A stretch of 64,000 nt of DNA, from positions 18,330 through 82,329 of the forward strand of contig ADNK01001015.1 in the NCBI GenBank assembly GCA_000320545.1, in the 5' to 3' direction. The stretch comes from Bigelowiella natans CCMP2755 (Eukaryota > Protista > Cercozoa). The notes beneath the pieces were generated by a model. The model had not been told where the DNA came from. It did not search any database and saw only the letters and a program-made list of their open reading frames with translations. A program made the translations under genes and the position numbers. Positions 25,806 through 40,039 of the stretch are shown here, piece by piece; position 1 is the first letter of the stretch; each line of letters begins with the position of its first letter.

Positions 25806-28800
25806 TGAGATTGAGTATATTTTCCATTTAGAAACACGCGTGGATCCTTTGTGCAATCCGTGCAATGGTCTCCCTCCGACTCACATCGTTATGATAGTAC
25901 CAGATACAATGAGCTCTTCTGGTACAAACGAGTATAGAGTGAATATGGAGATTCTAATACCGATTTCTAAATTCAGAAAATCTTTTGTTAAGTCGCTCTA
26001 TTTATGGACTATGGCAAGGAGAGTTTGGGATGCTATCCAACCGATGTGGTGGAGTTGGCAATTTGACCATAATTACAGTAATATACCTGATATTATTCAA
26101 CACGCAAGTAGTAGTAGTACTAAAACATATTAGCTAAAACAAGGTTTACAATAATGAATTCACTACACCTTACTACATAGAATACGACAGCAATGACAAA
26201 TATAATAACGGCAGCTAAACCTACGACTGCTATTAAAAATTTATTGCTTTTTATGATCATCATCCTCAGTACAATACGTTAATCTCCAAGAAATCGCTAG
26301 GGAAAATCATCAGAACATGTCAGATACCCCCCACTTCTGGCACCTCATCGGTCGGACAACACGTAACGGATCTTCTTCAAAATTGTGGATTTCCAAGGAC
26401 CAGTGTATTATCATCGACAAATACAATTTCTCTGGATGAGGATACTCCCACCAAAGCTCAAATTGGCCAATATTCGAGTCGTCGCCGCACCCTTGGAGCT
26501 CTCAAGGCACTTCAGAACGCTCTTATACCTCACAACTATCAAACGAAGCCTCACCAACTTTCCACAGCAGCAGCAGCAAATATGGCAGAAATAGATCCAT
26601 TCGAAGGGTTTGGTCGGTTGCATTTCATTCTATTCGCTTCCTCATCGCAGCTACCTGCTCACCAGCACCAGAAAGAGGTGAGGAAAGAGGATGATGACCA
26701 AGCTAAAGATCCTCCTCCTTCTCCTCCTCGGGTTCCAAGCGAAGTAGACCTCCGTTTAGCCGTGGCAGAGACTTCCCGTAGATTCATCTCCAACTTGAAT
26801 CATAATAAGAATGTGCGAGCCAAGGCGTCGTCGTCGTCGTCGTCGTCTCTTGTGATTGTGCTAAGTGAAGGGGATGATGATGACACCGACGACGATATGC
26901 GTAGATGGCTTGGCCTTCCAAGCATTATCAGTCAGTATCCAAACGGTCTGGGGTTCAATGGGATTATGACACTTAAATTGCTTGATATACAGCGGAGAAA
27001 GAAAATCAAGCAGGTAGTAGTTTGCTAGGATACACCAGTATATAAAGGTGATGATAAAGACAACAACAACAACAACAGAAATGAGTACTAATGGCCTTAA
27101 GAAGAGAGAAACTTTATGCGCGCCGAAGAGTAGTATGATAATCTTTGTCCGTCGTTGTACGACGATAGGCACCAGTGACACTACTCTCTATGCTCATGCA
27201 ACCATCCATCCATCCATCCACCTGCCATCACAGGACATGGAGAAATCTTTGTTAGAATCTATACTTCAGTTGGGTGGACGAGCACGAGTGCTGACGGGTA
27301 GTAGTATAGTTGTGGTACTAGTAGTAGCAGTAGTAGTAATAGCTTGAGTAGTAGTAAAAGAAGAAGAAGAAGAAGAAGAGGACAACAGCTACTGCGTGAA
27401 TACTGATATTAGCATGGCGATGACGACGACAATAACGATAGTAAGGCATGGAATTAGTTCTTCCCCTTTCTCAGGAGAATGCGTGGCGGATTATGGGCTT
27501 GCTGGCACGCAAAGACTGATGAAGGGAGAGGGGTGTGGGAAAGGTTGTGCTACACACATAGACGACGACGACGACGACGACGAAGACAGGCTAGGAACAT
27601 ATTAAGCAATCTTCTTTGACGAGAGCTGATATCAGTGGATAATCATCAACCCAGCATATGCTTCTTCTTCTTCTTCTTCTACTACTACTTCTACTACTAC
27701 TACTTCATACAAGATCCAGCACGGAAGAAGAAGAAGAAGATGATGATGAAGATGAAGAAGAAGAACACCTCTATATCTATGCTACGTGTCTGTTATATTG
27801 TAATTATAATTATTATTATGATCAGCCCTTTGGACGGTGACAGATGCCTTGCGAAACTATGTACCGTTTACAATCAAGAGGTAGTACTAGTTACATCCAC
27901 GTGCAACCGGAACAACGATCAGTGTGTGATAACAATGATAATGACAATGACAATGATGACGATGATGATGATCACTATGGGGATCTCTGCATGAAGTATT
28001 GGTACCGTTTGAAATGGTGGTAAGCCTCTGTTATTAGTCATAGTAATACTTGCAGCAGCAGCAGTGCTTGTACCTATTAATTGTTAAGGTAGTAGTAGCA
28101 GTAGTCGTAGTAGCAGCCGTAGAGATTTCATCATCATCATCATCATTGTTATCGTCATCATCATTGTTATCGTCATCATCACCATCATCATCATCAAATC
28201 AGTCTTCTACCTGGATTTGGACCCTTTGGCGCCAAAGAGGCTGCACACTGTGACCTGTGTTTTGGCGTTGGTAACACATGCTCACAGGGCGAGAAGACAA
28301 GCGCTCAAGAAGATGATGGCAGCAACAGCGACGACAACGATGATGATGACGCTATGGACGGGAAGCTTTGTCTACCAGATGTGGTAGTAAATGATAAAGT
28401 TCCAACTGCTGCTGCTGCTGCTACTGGCATTGTGTCGTCGTCGTCGTCATCGTCATTATCGTCGCTGTCATATAGTTCGTCTTTCCAGATTCACCATCAT
28501 ATCTACAATGATGATGATGATAACAATGATGGTGACAAAGATGTGAAGATTATAGTCACAAATGACGATGAAGATGATGATAATGATGATGTTATAGGGT
28601 TGCTCATCATCAAGTCGCCATACTCCAAGCAGCAGTATCCAGTCACCCCTTCCAGCAGATATAAATCCCACCATCTCATCTTCTTCTTCTTCTCCGCATT
28701 GCTTCAAATACGATGATGATGACGACGAGGATGTTTGCAGAGTAGACGATGACGAACAAGTCAGTGTTACGATGCAACGAGGACAAAAACAACAACAACA

Positions 28801-29243
28801 ACTGCAAAACCAAAAAAAAGAAGAAGCGGAGGAGGAACTGGTGGAAGAAGAAGCATGGAAACCATTTCAATTATTCTCTTCAATGCACTCATTGTCCTCC
28901 TCCTCCTCCTCCTCCTCCTCCTCCTCCTCCTCCTCCCAGAATCAGAGAGCAGCGTCATCGTCATCATCATCATCGTCGTCGTCGTCGTCGTCATCAGTGG
29001 CAATATGGGACTGGAATGAAGTCTCGGTACGGTTTGGAGGTAATCTAACAAAGATGAGCTTGGATTTAGCACGTCTAAGAGTCCCTGCAATAGTAAGAAA
29101 TACCCACATTCTCAGGTAGGAGTAGTAGTAGTAGTAGTAGTAGTAGTAATAGTATTCGTTGTAGTAGATGAAGCAATTATCATCATCATCCTCAATATAG
29201 TGTCGTCATCAATATTAATATTGGTGGCCTGAATAGAGTAGTG

Positions 29244-29291
<48 letters not shown>

Positions 29292-29395
29292 ATTGGTGTA
29301 TGAGACAAAGAAGAAGAAAAAAAGAAGAAGAAGATAATGAAAAAAAAGTAGAAAGGGAGGGCAATTGAGACACAAAAATGACTCTCCACATTCTC

Positions 29396-29451
<56 letters not shown>

Positions 29452-32393
29452 AAAACTTCCTCACTGCTGATGCGTCTCATTGTTATGACTGATTGGCAGT
29501 AAACAAGCAGCAAATGAGTGGATATCAGAAGGAAAGTTTATAGGGGTCCAAAGGGCTCTGGAGAGCAACCATGATGAGGTAGTACTATTGCTATCTTCAT
29601 GTCGTGGAATTTGTCACGATGCAACAAGATGTGTGTGTGTGTGTGTGTGAATGTAGTTTATCATCCATTGGCGTCTTCCTATGCTCTCTGCTGACTTAAT
29701 TCATGCTTCTCCTCGTGATAAATCGTAGCAGTAATCGTGCAATCAATGAATAACCTTGTTTCCTACTTTTCCCCCACCTCGCATTATGTATTTATAACTC
29801 CTCTTTCTCTTGTTGTCTCCCTTCACATTAATTTCATGGTATTCATCATCTCTGTCTGTCTGTGTCTGTGTGTGTGTGTGTGTGTTCCTGAAGAAAGGAG
29901 CCCTGAAAGGAGGAGTCCTACGTGGCAAGCATCCCCCATTATTCTTCTTTTGGGATAAAACACAACCTTTGCACCACGTGGTAGGAGGAGGAGGAGGAGG
30001 AGGAGGAGGAGGGAAGGGGAAAGACAGACAGACAGAAGAGGAAGGCATCATCTACAATGATAATGATGATGATGATCATGATGATGATGATACTACACAG
30101 CTTTTCTTGTTGTAAAGAAAGAAAAAGGAATCTTCTATGATACACAGATTATTATTATTATTATTATTATTATTATAATTGTCTTGCTGTTGTAGTAGTA
30201 GTAGGTAGCAGTAGTAGTAGAAGCAGAAGTAGGAGTAGTGGTGGAAGTCATTACAAATATTTGGAGGAGGAAGAGGGGAAGAGAGAAGCACGAAGAACAA
30301 ATTGAGTGATAAAGCAACCATCATTTTGACTTGATGTTTGGCTCGAATATTGTTGTGATTGTGTGTATGTGTGTGTGTGTTGTATCACTCTACAAACCAA
30401 TCAATCATCAGAGATCCTGGGATTTTACGTTTAAGAATGTCTCGATGTCGGCGGCGGAGTTGATCAAGAAAGCTTTGTTAAAGAATCAAGATGCAGCACC
30501 AAAAGAAGAAGAGGAAGGAGGAGGAAATGCGGCTGGAGGATCGCTAGAAGAAGTAAAACAGGACCCTGCTGATGCTGCACAAGACAACAATAACAACAAC
30601 AACAACAACTACTACTACTACTACTACCTCGGAGATATGCCAAAGAGTATGCAAGAGAATGGTTTCAACCGCTCAGCCATATTCTTATCGGAGAAAGATC
30701 GGCAAAGAGATCAACACACGCAATACCTTTGGCTGTCGTCTGGAGGCGTAGTAACACACACGCACTGTGATATGGATCACAACCTCTTCATTCAAATATA
30801 CGGCAATAAGGTGGGGTGAATGCATCCATGCATTGCACATATGCAAAAGGAGGAGGAGGAGGAGGAGGAAGAAAAGACAGAAGAGAACAAGAGCACCACC
30901 CAACAAGATAAAGAACAGAACACAACTAACTCTATCCTCAATGGAGAGTGAATGATGATGACGACGATGATGATGATGATGATAGCAGCCGAGTAGCTAA
31001 TGCCGCTGTGTATACTGTGAGTAATTGCTTTGTTTTCAAAGTCCCCTCTCGTCATTGTAGCGATTGATCTCAAACCCTAGCAAATCCATACTCATATTCC
31101 TTATTAACCATCATCAGACCTTCTATCTTCGGCCTCCACATTCTTTCTCGGATCTTCGCTTGTTTCCACGTATCCACCCCCTCTGGCATAAGTCACAGCA
31201 GCTAAATACTGATGCTGCTGCTACTGCTTCTTCTGATGGAGAGCAGCACTCTTACCATGCTCATCTTTCTCCTGGAGATCTACTGTGCGTAAACTACCAT
31301 CAACACTGTGAAAGTAAAGAAGAAGAAGAAGAAGAAGAAGAAGAAGAAGAAACACATGCATTATTATTTCTTGTGCATGTTCCCCCCCCCCTCCTAGTGC
31401 TCTACTTGCTTCTATGCATGTCAGTATTGATTCGCTCTCTACGAATTGTCCTCATCGATTGTTAATGGCTGTTGTTGTTATAAATATGATCATAGGTACG
31501 TACCTCCCTATTGGTTTCACAAAGTCGTTTCAAACACAGCATCTATTTCAGCTACAGCTTGGTAGTAGTAGTAGCAGTGGTAGTTGTAACATAATATTTA
31601 TACATTATTCCTAGCATCTTTTAATGTGCTTGTATTACCACTACTGCTGCTGCTGATTGTAGTGATTATAGTGATTGTCGTGATTATCGTGCTGCCGTCG
31701 AGATTAAGCTTGAGATATAATAGACTATGTGGTGCATGTATGTTGTGGCATAATGGTAGGTCACTCGATTACGAGCATTACGAAAGGATGGACTCGATAT
31801 ACAGGTGCTGCTGTGGTTAGTTCTAATGGATGATGACAGCGACGGCACCCGTTGATTGGAGTTAGGAGGAAGAAGGGAACCAACGCTCTACCACCGTGTG
31901 TTATATCGGCACTGATGATGACGATTATTGTGATTTTACCCACATTAGTGCCTGATAGGTATATCCGCGTCATTCTCTTGCTACTGCTGCTTCTACTGTC
32001 GCATGTGATATGTGCTTAGATATGAGCAGAAGTTTTCTCGATTCGTACATTCCAAGGGTCGTTTCTATGGGGTACGGTTGTTCTTAGATTTGCTGCTTCA
32101 AAGACTCTATGGGATTGGGTAAATAGTAGTAGCAGTAATTAGTGCCACAGAACAACTGCTGTGAGCAATTCCCCTGATGATGATAGTAATAGAATAACAA
32201 TAAACATCAATGATAATAGCATTAAGATATGGGAGAAGGACAGCTGCGTGCACGAAATAGCGATGGTGTATTATAATATATCGGCCGATCAATAAGTACG
32301 TACTCTTTGTCTGCAAAGTAATACAATAACCTTCTTAATAATCATCTTCATGATTATCACCACCACTACTAGCCATCTGTCCATACTAACATA

Positions 32394-32442
<49 letters not shown>

Positions 32443-33762
32443 CAGCGCAACCATACCCTATCTCCGCGGCCTTTTGTCATCTAGGTGAGAAGAACATTAG
32501 CATCATCCTGATATTTCTTTATTCTCTATTAATATTGCCGTTATTTATTGTTATTGTTCGTGCTCGTAATAGTAGTAATAGCAGCAGCAGCAGCAGCAGC
32601 AGCAGCTACTAGTAGTGTTAGAATCGTGCCTTCGTTTTTTCCACATAGTAAGTTAGCATAGCAGTAATTATTGGCCTTCTGCTCATCAGATATTCTTCCA
32701 AGGAAATCAGGGATCTCTTCCCACGAAACACGACTGTTTTTCGTACTTGCCAAATTGAGCGGGTGGGGCCTAGTATTAGTAGCATTTATGCTGCTTATTC
32801 GTGTTATTGGTGATGCATGCTAATTACTTGAACCTACCATTCCGTTTCATCCTCTTCTATTATTGCGACTAAGCTGTTTCTTCAAATTTAATAATACTCC
32901 GAATCTATTGCTCACGCAACACGTAAAACAGCAACTAAAGCATGTTTATGATTATTTGTCATCATGAACAATGCGTACCTGGAAGGGCCATCTTCACTAT
33001 AGTAGTTAAGTGTGATAATTGTATTCCACTCGTCGATAAACTCTCTCTGTCTCTCTCTCTGTGTGTGTGCGTGTAGGCGATACCCTTGCGGCACCACGTT
33101 ATTCAGGATAGCAAGTTTGATGCACAAGTACGTACGTCGTCGTCGTCGTTTCCTTGAATTGAATTGTCATTACTTGTGCAAGAATAAACAGGGTGCTTAT
33201 CGTTGCTTGAAAGTGAGCGCTATGGCTATTTGACGCATTTAGGTTATTTCGGAGTTATTCTTCGAGATCAGTGCAGCTGCTAGGGACATCATGGTAGTAT
33301 TACCTCTTGCTAAGAGTCTCTTCTTCTTCTTCTTCTTCTTCTTCTTCTTCTTCTTCTGATGATGATGGTGATGATGATGATGAGGATAATGATGATGATA
33401 AACCTAATGAGCCTACCATTTCTGAGGTTATGAACTACATCGAAGAAGCTACTGCGGCGGCAATAGGCTGGCAAGGAGTGTACGATATGATGATTAATAA
33501 ACTGATAAATTCACATAGTAATAATGATACAACTGGTTAACAAATTGTAGTTATAATGACAACATCAATGATTCTAAAATAATGATGATGATGATGATGG
33601 TGAAAAGGCTTCACCTTTTTCTCTTACAGTACATTTGCTTCTTTCAGATATCCATTCTTCCGCTATTGCTTCGATGGTAAGCAAGAGTATATCTACGGCA
33701 CGGAAGATGATGATGATTATTGGGAAGAACCAGGCGACGATGACGGCGACAATGATGTATAG
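25538..33762 (+). CDS. Large JmjC (cupin-like) domain protein with an N-terminal hydrophobic leader and an unassigned N-terminal half
   Basis: JmjC motifs YLWLSSGGVVTHTHCDMDHNLFIQIYGNK (HxD), TFYLRPP, LFPRIHP, HLSPGDLL and YVPPYWFHKV (distal His). C-terminal exons NYIEEATAAAIGWQGVYPFFRYCF end at 33762. Linkage of the 25538-28600 exons to the JmjC part is inferred from phase and strand. Confidence 0.8.
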
Positions 33763-33789
33763 CACAGTTGCATGATGATGTATGAATAC

Positions 33790-34365
33790 ACCATCATTCT
33801 AATTAGAATATCATGTTAATTTATCAACACGATGGATGTGATAACATTTTGCCGGTCGCAATTATACAATGGTGAAATAAGCAATTGTGACCATTGCACA
33901 AAGCGATTATTGTAAGCCGTACCTGCATGATCGATGGTGTGCATGCTCACGTGTTTTCTGCGTCGAGCTAGCGAGCGTATCGCAGCATCACATGCCTAGA
34001 TGCACAAGCTAGTTTTAGAACTCGGATGATGATGGCTCACAAGCAGGACTTTTACTCCACATGGAGCATGCATGTGCAAAAAGCACAATGATGGCGATGT
34101 ACATGATCGATTGAGGTCATGAGTCATCGAATCATTTGGCTGGTGCAACAACATGACAATGTGCGTACTGAACAAGAAAAAGTGTATAGAATCCGCGGGC
34201 ATGTACGCTCTGTGCATGCTATGGGCAGTGTGTGTATATGTGGAGGGCTGAAATAGCCGAAGCGAAGGTTGTAACTGTAACAATGTGTGTACACATTGCA
34301 CAGCTACATGAGGATGACCATTGAACAAATTTAATTGATTAATTACATCCGTCTTACATATGTAA
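33790..34365. repeat. Degenerate repeat island ending in hairpin element copy 3 (34294-34365)
   Basis: CATG/TGCA-rich; contains cattgcacagctacatgaggatgaccattgaacaaattta...ttacatccgtcttacatatgtaa. Confidence 0.7.
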
Positions 34366-35175
34366 TTCGACGAAAGAATGCTGATGCTTTTAAATGTATG
34401 AAGCACATAACAACAGAAACAAATAGATTCAACATAATCGCTGTGTCAATCGATCTTTTTATCCACAGCGGAGGCAGATCGTTGTTCTTCCACTTTATCA
34501 TATCGAATAAAAAATTAGAGAGGCACAATCATAATCGCATTATCTCAAAGTCACCACAGCTGATCCAATGCCTTCTCCTGTAACAATTGCACCTGCTGAG
34601 CATCCAACATACGTTGCTCCCCGAAGAAGCTCACGCTTTACGGCTTGGTCAAATCCGCTTCTCCGCTTATAATATCGCAAGTAGTAAGTGTTACCTCCCT
34701 CAATAAAGATCACACTCACTAAGATAGTGTTCAGATTCAATGGCCAACTACACTGAAGCTGCTTAGTTTGTGAATTTATATCCTTTAAGTCTGCTCTTTT
34801 GAACGTCGGCACTCCTATCTGCTATGTCAAACATGTCCATTTCGCAGTTGAATGTTTCTTCTAATTGTTTCTTTTTCTGGGATACCCGTTTCCATTCATT
34901 AGAGTCATCTGAATTGACTTGTGCGGCTATGGTGGGTCATAAGTGTCGCTGTAATGACATAAGCGATTCTGTTCGTAGATGAGGGTGTGAGCATAGCTTC
35001 AAGCTCAGCAAAAGTTTCTCTGACGCGTGCGCCAGCTAAAAAATGATCCTCGAAGGACGTTTGCGTGGAGAAACGCTCCACCCTCTACTGTTCCTACCAT
35101 GCATAAGGAGATTTCCGACTGCTACTACTACTACTTCTCTGTGCGTTGCTGAATTGCACCAGGATACGCAGCCAT
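34366..35175 (-). pseudogene. Peptidase family S51 (dipeptidase E-like), apparently disrupted and 3'-truncated
   Basis: Motifs RIAYVITA, IFIEGGNTYYL and YVGCSAGAIV (nucleophile elbow), then a likely exon WKNNDLP. Frames do not join through canonical splice sites near 34930 and 35140. No GLG...PH catalytic-His segment is seen before the repeat island. Confidence 0.6.
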
Positions 35176-36226
35176 TGTGTACGTGTAGACGTGTAGGTCT
35201 GGTAGTACCGGTAGTCCAGTGCTTAGAACAGGTAAGTAGCCGGTAGAGACTCGCCCGAAACCCGGAGATCCATTGGAGATTTTAGGTTTGAATCTTCCTA
35301 ATCTCCTAAAACTCCTAAAACAACCGGCATTCGAACACATTTAAGCGAAAAATAAAATTTTAAGGTACATACATGTGCTTGGATATCGCACTTCCAAACC
35401 CTAGTTAAACCTAGTTCTCGCAGAATTCGCAAGTTCCTTTTTGGCGACGGGGGTGCCGAAAAAGAAAACATAGAGAGACAGCGAGATCGTAAATTCTTGA
35501 AATATTACGGCTTAAACCTTTGTCGTTACACATAATTCTAGAAGATTTATGAAATTATTGGCATGCAAATCCTTCCTACTACATTGGGAGAGAGAGATGA
35601 GAAAGAGTTGCTCACATCGCAGAATCGGGAAGCTTTGAGACACAGGCAGGATGTAGCGAAAACTTTCCCTGCGACAATCGTTTCGGTCCCAGTTTTCGAG
35701 AAAATGGGAAAGCGTCTTCTCGGGTTCCGGTCGCCTTTCGGCTACGACTAATCGTGAAAGTTGATCAGAGTCACATTCTTTCACATCCCCCTCCTACCAG
35801 CTGCGTTCGGGCAAGTTTCTACTACCTCCTTCCTACGAGAAATCGAGGTTAGGTCCACGAAAGTTGAGAGCTCGGAAGGACAAGAAGAACCAACCCTTCG
35901 ATCGACGACCAATAAGTGACACTCGGACATTACGCTGTAACTGGACCCCTTCTCTTCATGCTATCCTATCACTCTCACATCCAGAGTAATCAGCGGCACC
36001 AAATTGCAACCACTATCTCAAACAATAGGATGGACAATCAGGAAGATCTCTACGGTACAGTTTTTCGACGAGGATAGAGAGAAACGAGAATATAGAATGA
36101 TTACTTCCATTTTTTTTTAATACAGTCAAAGGATTCTCGAGGAAAGATCGTAATTTGAATCAGTATCCATCAACAAAGGGACAGCATAATTTCTGCTACG
36201 GATCTGATTTTCAAAGGCTGCAAAGT

Positions 36227-36386
36227 ATGAGCAAGAGTAGAAAGTCCTGTAGGATATCTCCCGGAGTAGTAGTCTCCCTTCCAAGCAACTTACCCGAACG
36301 CTCCATCTCAGCCCCTCCCACGGAACTCATCCATGCGTTGAAAGTGAGTAATTGCTTCTCAATTTTCAGATTCATCTTCCAATGTA

Positions 36387-36434
<48 letters not shown>

Positions 36435-39148
36435 CATCCCTCGCGCGCTTGCGCTTATCAGCCTTCATTAGCTGAGACTCAAGGGAATTCGGCGAAGGGG
36501 GGGGTTATCAACCTCTCAAGACAATTTCAAGGACTTGCACTAACTCCATCGAGCACACCTATAAACAGTGAAATCTACAGGTAGTAGTCTATATGTTGAT
36601 GATATCATCTTTCAAGGGTGGTCTAAGAAAATGATTAGATGATGCACGTAAACAAAAGCAATTTTGGTTTCAACTTTACTGTTCTTACTCACTGTTATTG
36701 ATACTCTTCACTACACACTGAACTTCTCACCGCCATTCTACACCACAGCAGCAGCGGATCGCCTTCTCCGATCACTCGTTTGACAGCTCCTGTCGCAGAA
36801 CGAATGGTAAAGTTGGAAATCGGAAGCAACTCTAGGCCACAGCCTTTTTGCAGCTCGGCGGGGAAGTTAGAGCGATCCTCATCTTTTAGTAAAGTCAATG
36901 ACAGATGCCAAAATAGTGATGCTATTTCTCAGCATTCTCCCCTTTTAAAGCAAATGAGACGTTCATTTGAAGAAGCAGCTTCCGATTCTACTTTCTCTCA
37001 AGGAAGCATATTCGACATGAAACAGCAGCAGCAGCAGCAGCAGCAGCAATACCAGAAATGGCCATCGCCTCGTATTGGCTCTGGACGCGATTGTTCAAGC
37101 CTATTTCGTGTAACGAGCAATCATGCTTTGGAGAGTAAGCGGCATTCTCGAAGCTCATTTTTCCGCTCCGAGAATGAGCAAAACGAAACCTTCTCGAACC
37201 GTCAATCTCACTCGCACGGGGATGCATCTTCCTTCAACATTGAAACTTCGAGTAGAGCTTCATTCAATCTAAATCGGTTCGGAAGTTCTGGAACTACTAC
37301 CAGTCTTTCACCTTCCTACGGGATGATGACGATGAGAAGAACCAATATGAAGTCTGCATCGCCGGTCACTTCTATGTCGTATTCTCATCATCAACAGTCT
37401 CCTCCTCCTCTCCAGTACCAACATGACCAACAGCACGCCCTCAACGAAGCAGCTCATATGAGGGAAGGAACAAATCAAGGAGGTGTGCTACTATCACTCA
37501 CACATACATACGCAATCGCAAACATAATTTCAACATGTGCGTGTATATATGCTTCAAAATAATATACATATGTGAATATAATATAAATATTTGTGATGTG
37601 TGTGTTTATGAGTGTTTGTTTGTGATTATAAGAAGCTGTTGATGTAGATTCTACCCGTCTCATCCCTTTTCAGAGAATACCAACTATCGTGTCTACACCA
37701 AACGCAAAGAGAAGGCCGAAAGATATAGAGGCGGGCAATTTGGCGATGGTGGTGAGGGCAGAAGGAATGGCAGTAGTCGAGGTTACAAGATGAGGAGGAG
37801 AAAACAAAAAAATGGTAAAAAGTCCGATAGAAGCCATCATCGCCTACATGATGACCACAAGTCGTCATCATGTAGTAACCGCCACCGCAACCGCCACCGC
37901 AAGCAGCAGCAGCAGCAGCAGCGTGACCATCATCATCACAGCGGTGGCAGTCCTAAGGGCGGGGGTAGAAGCTGCTCAGGTGGAAGAAGCAGAAGAGGAG
38001 GAGGTGGTATGGTAGAAATCAGCACAATTGGAAAAATAGTAAGCAAATGCATGCATGTAAGATGGGTAGAAGAGTTCGGGACCGCGAAGACAGCTCACGT
38101 GACTCTAGAGGATGTTGTTAATAGACCTCAGATGTTGGTGGATCTCGCAATGGATCAGTATGGCTCTAGGCTTATTCAGCAAAAACTTGAAAAGGCTCCT
38201 GCCTCTCACAAGGAAGTAGTATTCCAGCAAGTAGTGTCGTCGTCTCGTAATTTCTTTGACCTCTGTACCGATGTTTTTGGTAATTACGTGATCCAGAAGT
38301 TATTTGAACACGGCACCCAGCAGCATAAGTACCAACTGGCTCAAAGGCTCAAGGGGCACATCCTAGATTTATCGCTTCATACGTACGGCTGTCGTGTCAT
38401 TCAAAAGGCTATTGACGTCCTCAACAACGCCGACAACCACCAAAAGGCTAAACTTGTGGAAGAGCTACACGGACATGTGATGAAGTGCGTGCAAGATCAA
38501 AACGGCAATCACGTGATCCAGAAGTGTATCGAGAAGGTACCGCCCTCCAACATACAGTTCGTAGTCGAGGCTGTTCAAAAAGACATCATGAGCCTAGCAA
38601 TGCATCCTTACGGTTGTCGAGTAATACAGCGCCTTCTGGAATATTGCTCCACGAAGCAAAACCACGCCATCTTATCTGAAATCCTCCAAAGTATTCAGAT
38701 GCTTGCGAAAAATCAGTACGGGAACTACGTCGTGCAACATGTTCTCATTCACGCCAATGCAAAGCATCGAGCCACTGTGATCAAGTCTTTGAAGGGGAAT
38801 CTTGTGGAGCTCTCCAAGCACAAGTTTTCGTCCAACGTAATGGAAAAGTGCGTGACTCACGCAGGACGGGAGGAAAGAAAGGATCTTATGATTGAAATGT
38901 TGGGAGATGGGGAGGAGCTCAATAGCGCTTGTGTGCCGCTAATGGCGATGGCAAAGGATCAGTATGCGAATTATGTAGTGCAGAAGTTGATTGAGGCTCT
39001 TGATTCCGAGCAAAGGCAATACTTCATCCAGAGAATCCAAATTCATCTACCCCACCTCTCCAAGCTTCCATATGGCAAGCATATCATCGCAACGATAGAA
39101 ACGGTGATGGTAAAAAGGGTGGCGCAAAATGCAACCTTTTGTGGATGA
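36227..39148 (+). CDS. PUM: Pumilio/PUF RNA-binding protein, canonical PUM-type with 8 repeats
   Basis: N-terminal RSISAPP motif and a Q/S-rich region. The eight repeats have SRLIQ, NYVIQ, CRVIQ, NHVIQ, CRVIQ, NYVVQ, SNVME and NYVVQ, with a YGKHI cap. Confidence 0.96.
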
Positions 39149-39205
39149 CTGACAACACGAGCAATACCCATATTCTTTTACTTTCTTTTCATTTCTTCGC
39201 GAGGA

Positions 39206-39454
39206 TGTAAATATTCTGCTCTTTGTTCTCCAACTTTCTCATCATTGTGAGATTAATCTTTCTTCCTCCTCCTCCTCGTCTCCCCTTTCTACTTCTCGAT
39301 AGCTTTATGGCATAGGATCATCTTGTTGCATCATCTCATCATTTTATCACTTACTACAAATGCTGCTACATGTAGATAGCCCAGTAACAAATAAATAGTA
39401 GTTTTGATTTGTCTTGAAGAGGTACACGGCACACATATTTATAGCATGTATATA
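39206..39454 (+). promoter_or_regulatory. Three Pumilio-binding elements (TGTANATA) in the putative PUM 3' UTR
   Basis: TGTAAATA at 39206, TGTAGATA at 39371 and TGTATATA at 39447. Confidence 0.5.
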
Positions 39455-40039
39455 TTAGTTTCAAAAGTAGAAGGAGCACTCAGTATTCACGTACTTAATT
39501 AAGGGAGCTATTTTTTGCTTCTTCCTCCTTTCTTACCATTTTTTTTCAAAACCAAATCGCGCGGGAAACCCATGTCAAAGTAACACCTGGAGGACTTGTA
39601 TAAATGTGTTCTACTACATTCTTCCATGAGGGGTTGGACTGTACGAAAGAAAAAATATCTCCTCTCTCTCTCTCTCTCCTCTCCCTCTCTGCATACACTG
39701 GCACTGAAGAATTGATTAGATTTCCCTGGACTTCGTCCTGTACAAAACCTCTTTTCCCCTTTGTCTGGTGTCGCACAACAATGGCCACTTTTCAAATATT
39801 TAAAACCATTCCGTTATTATTTCACCATTATCTAGTTCTGCAGGCACGTAAATAATATTCCCGTTCTGAGTGGTAGCATAAAAAGAATGTATATGTTGCT
39901 GTTTTTCAGATGATCATAAAGATGTGTATTTTCATAGCTATAACACAAGCAATTCTGTCTTGGACTTCGCCTTTATTTACTACACGAACGCGTTGTTGTT
40001 TCATTTTACGAAAGAGCGATTATTGTAATCAATTATGAG

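Noticed and set aside
35397-35405. Telo-box or telomere-like AAACCCTAG (also at 55101 and 31072)
   Set aside because: Single short copies, one of them intronic; cannot be distinguished from chance here.
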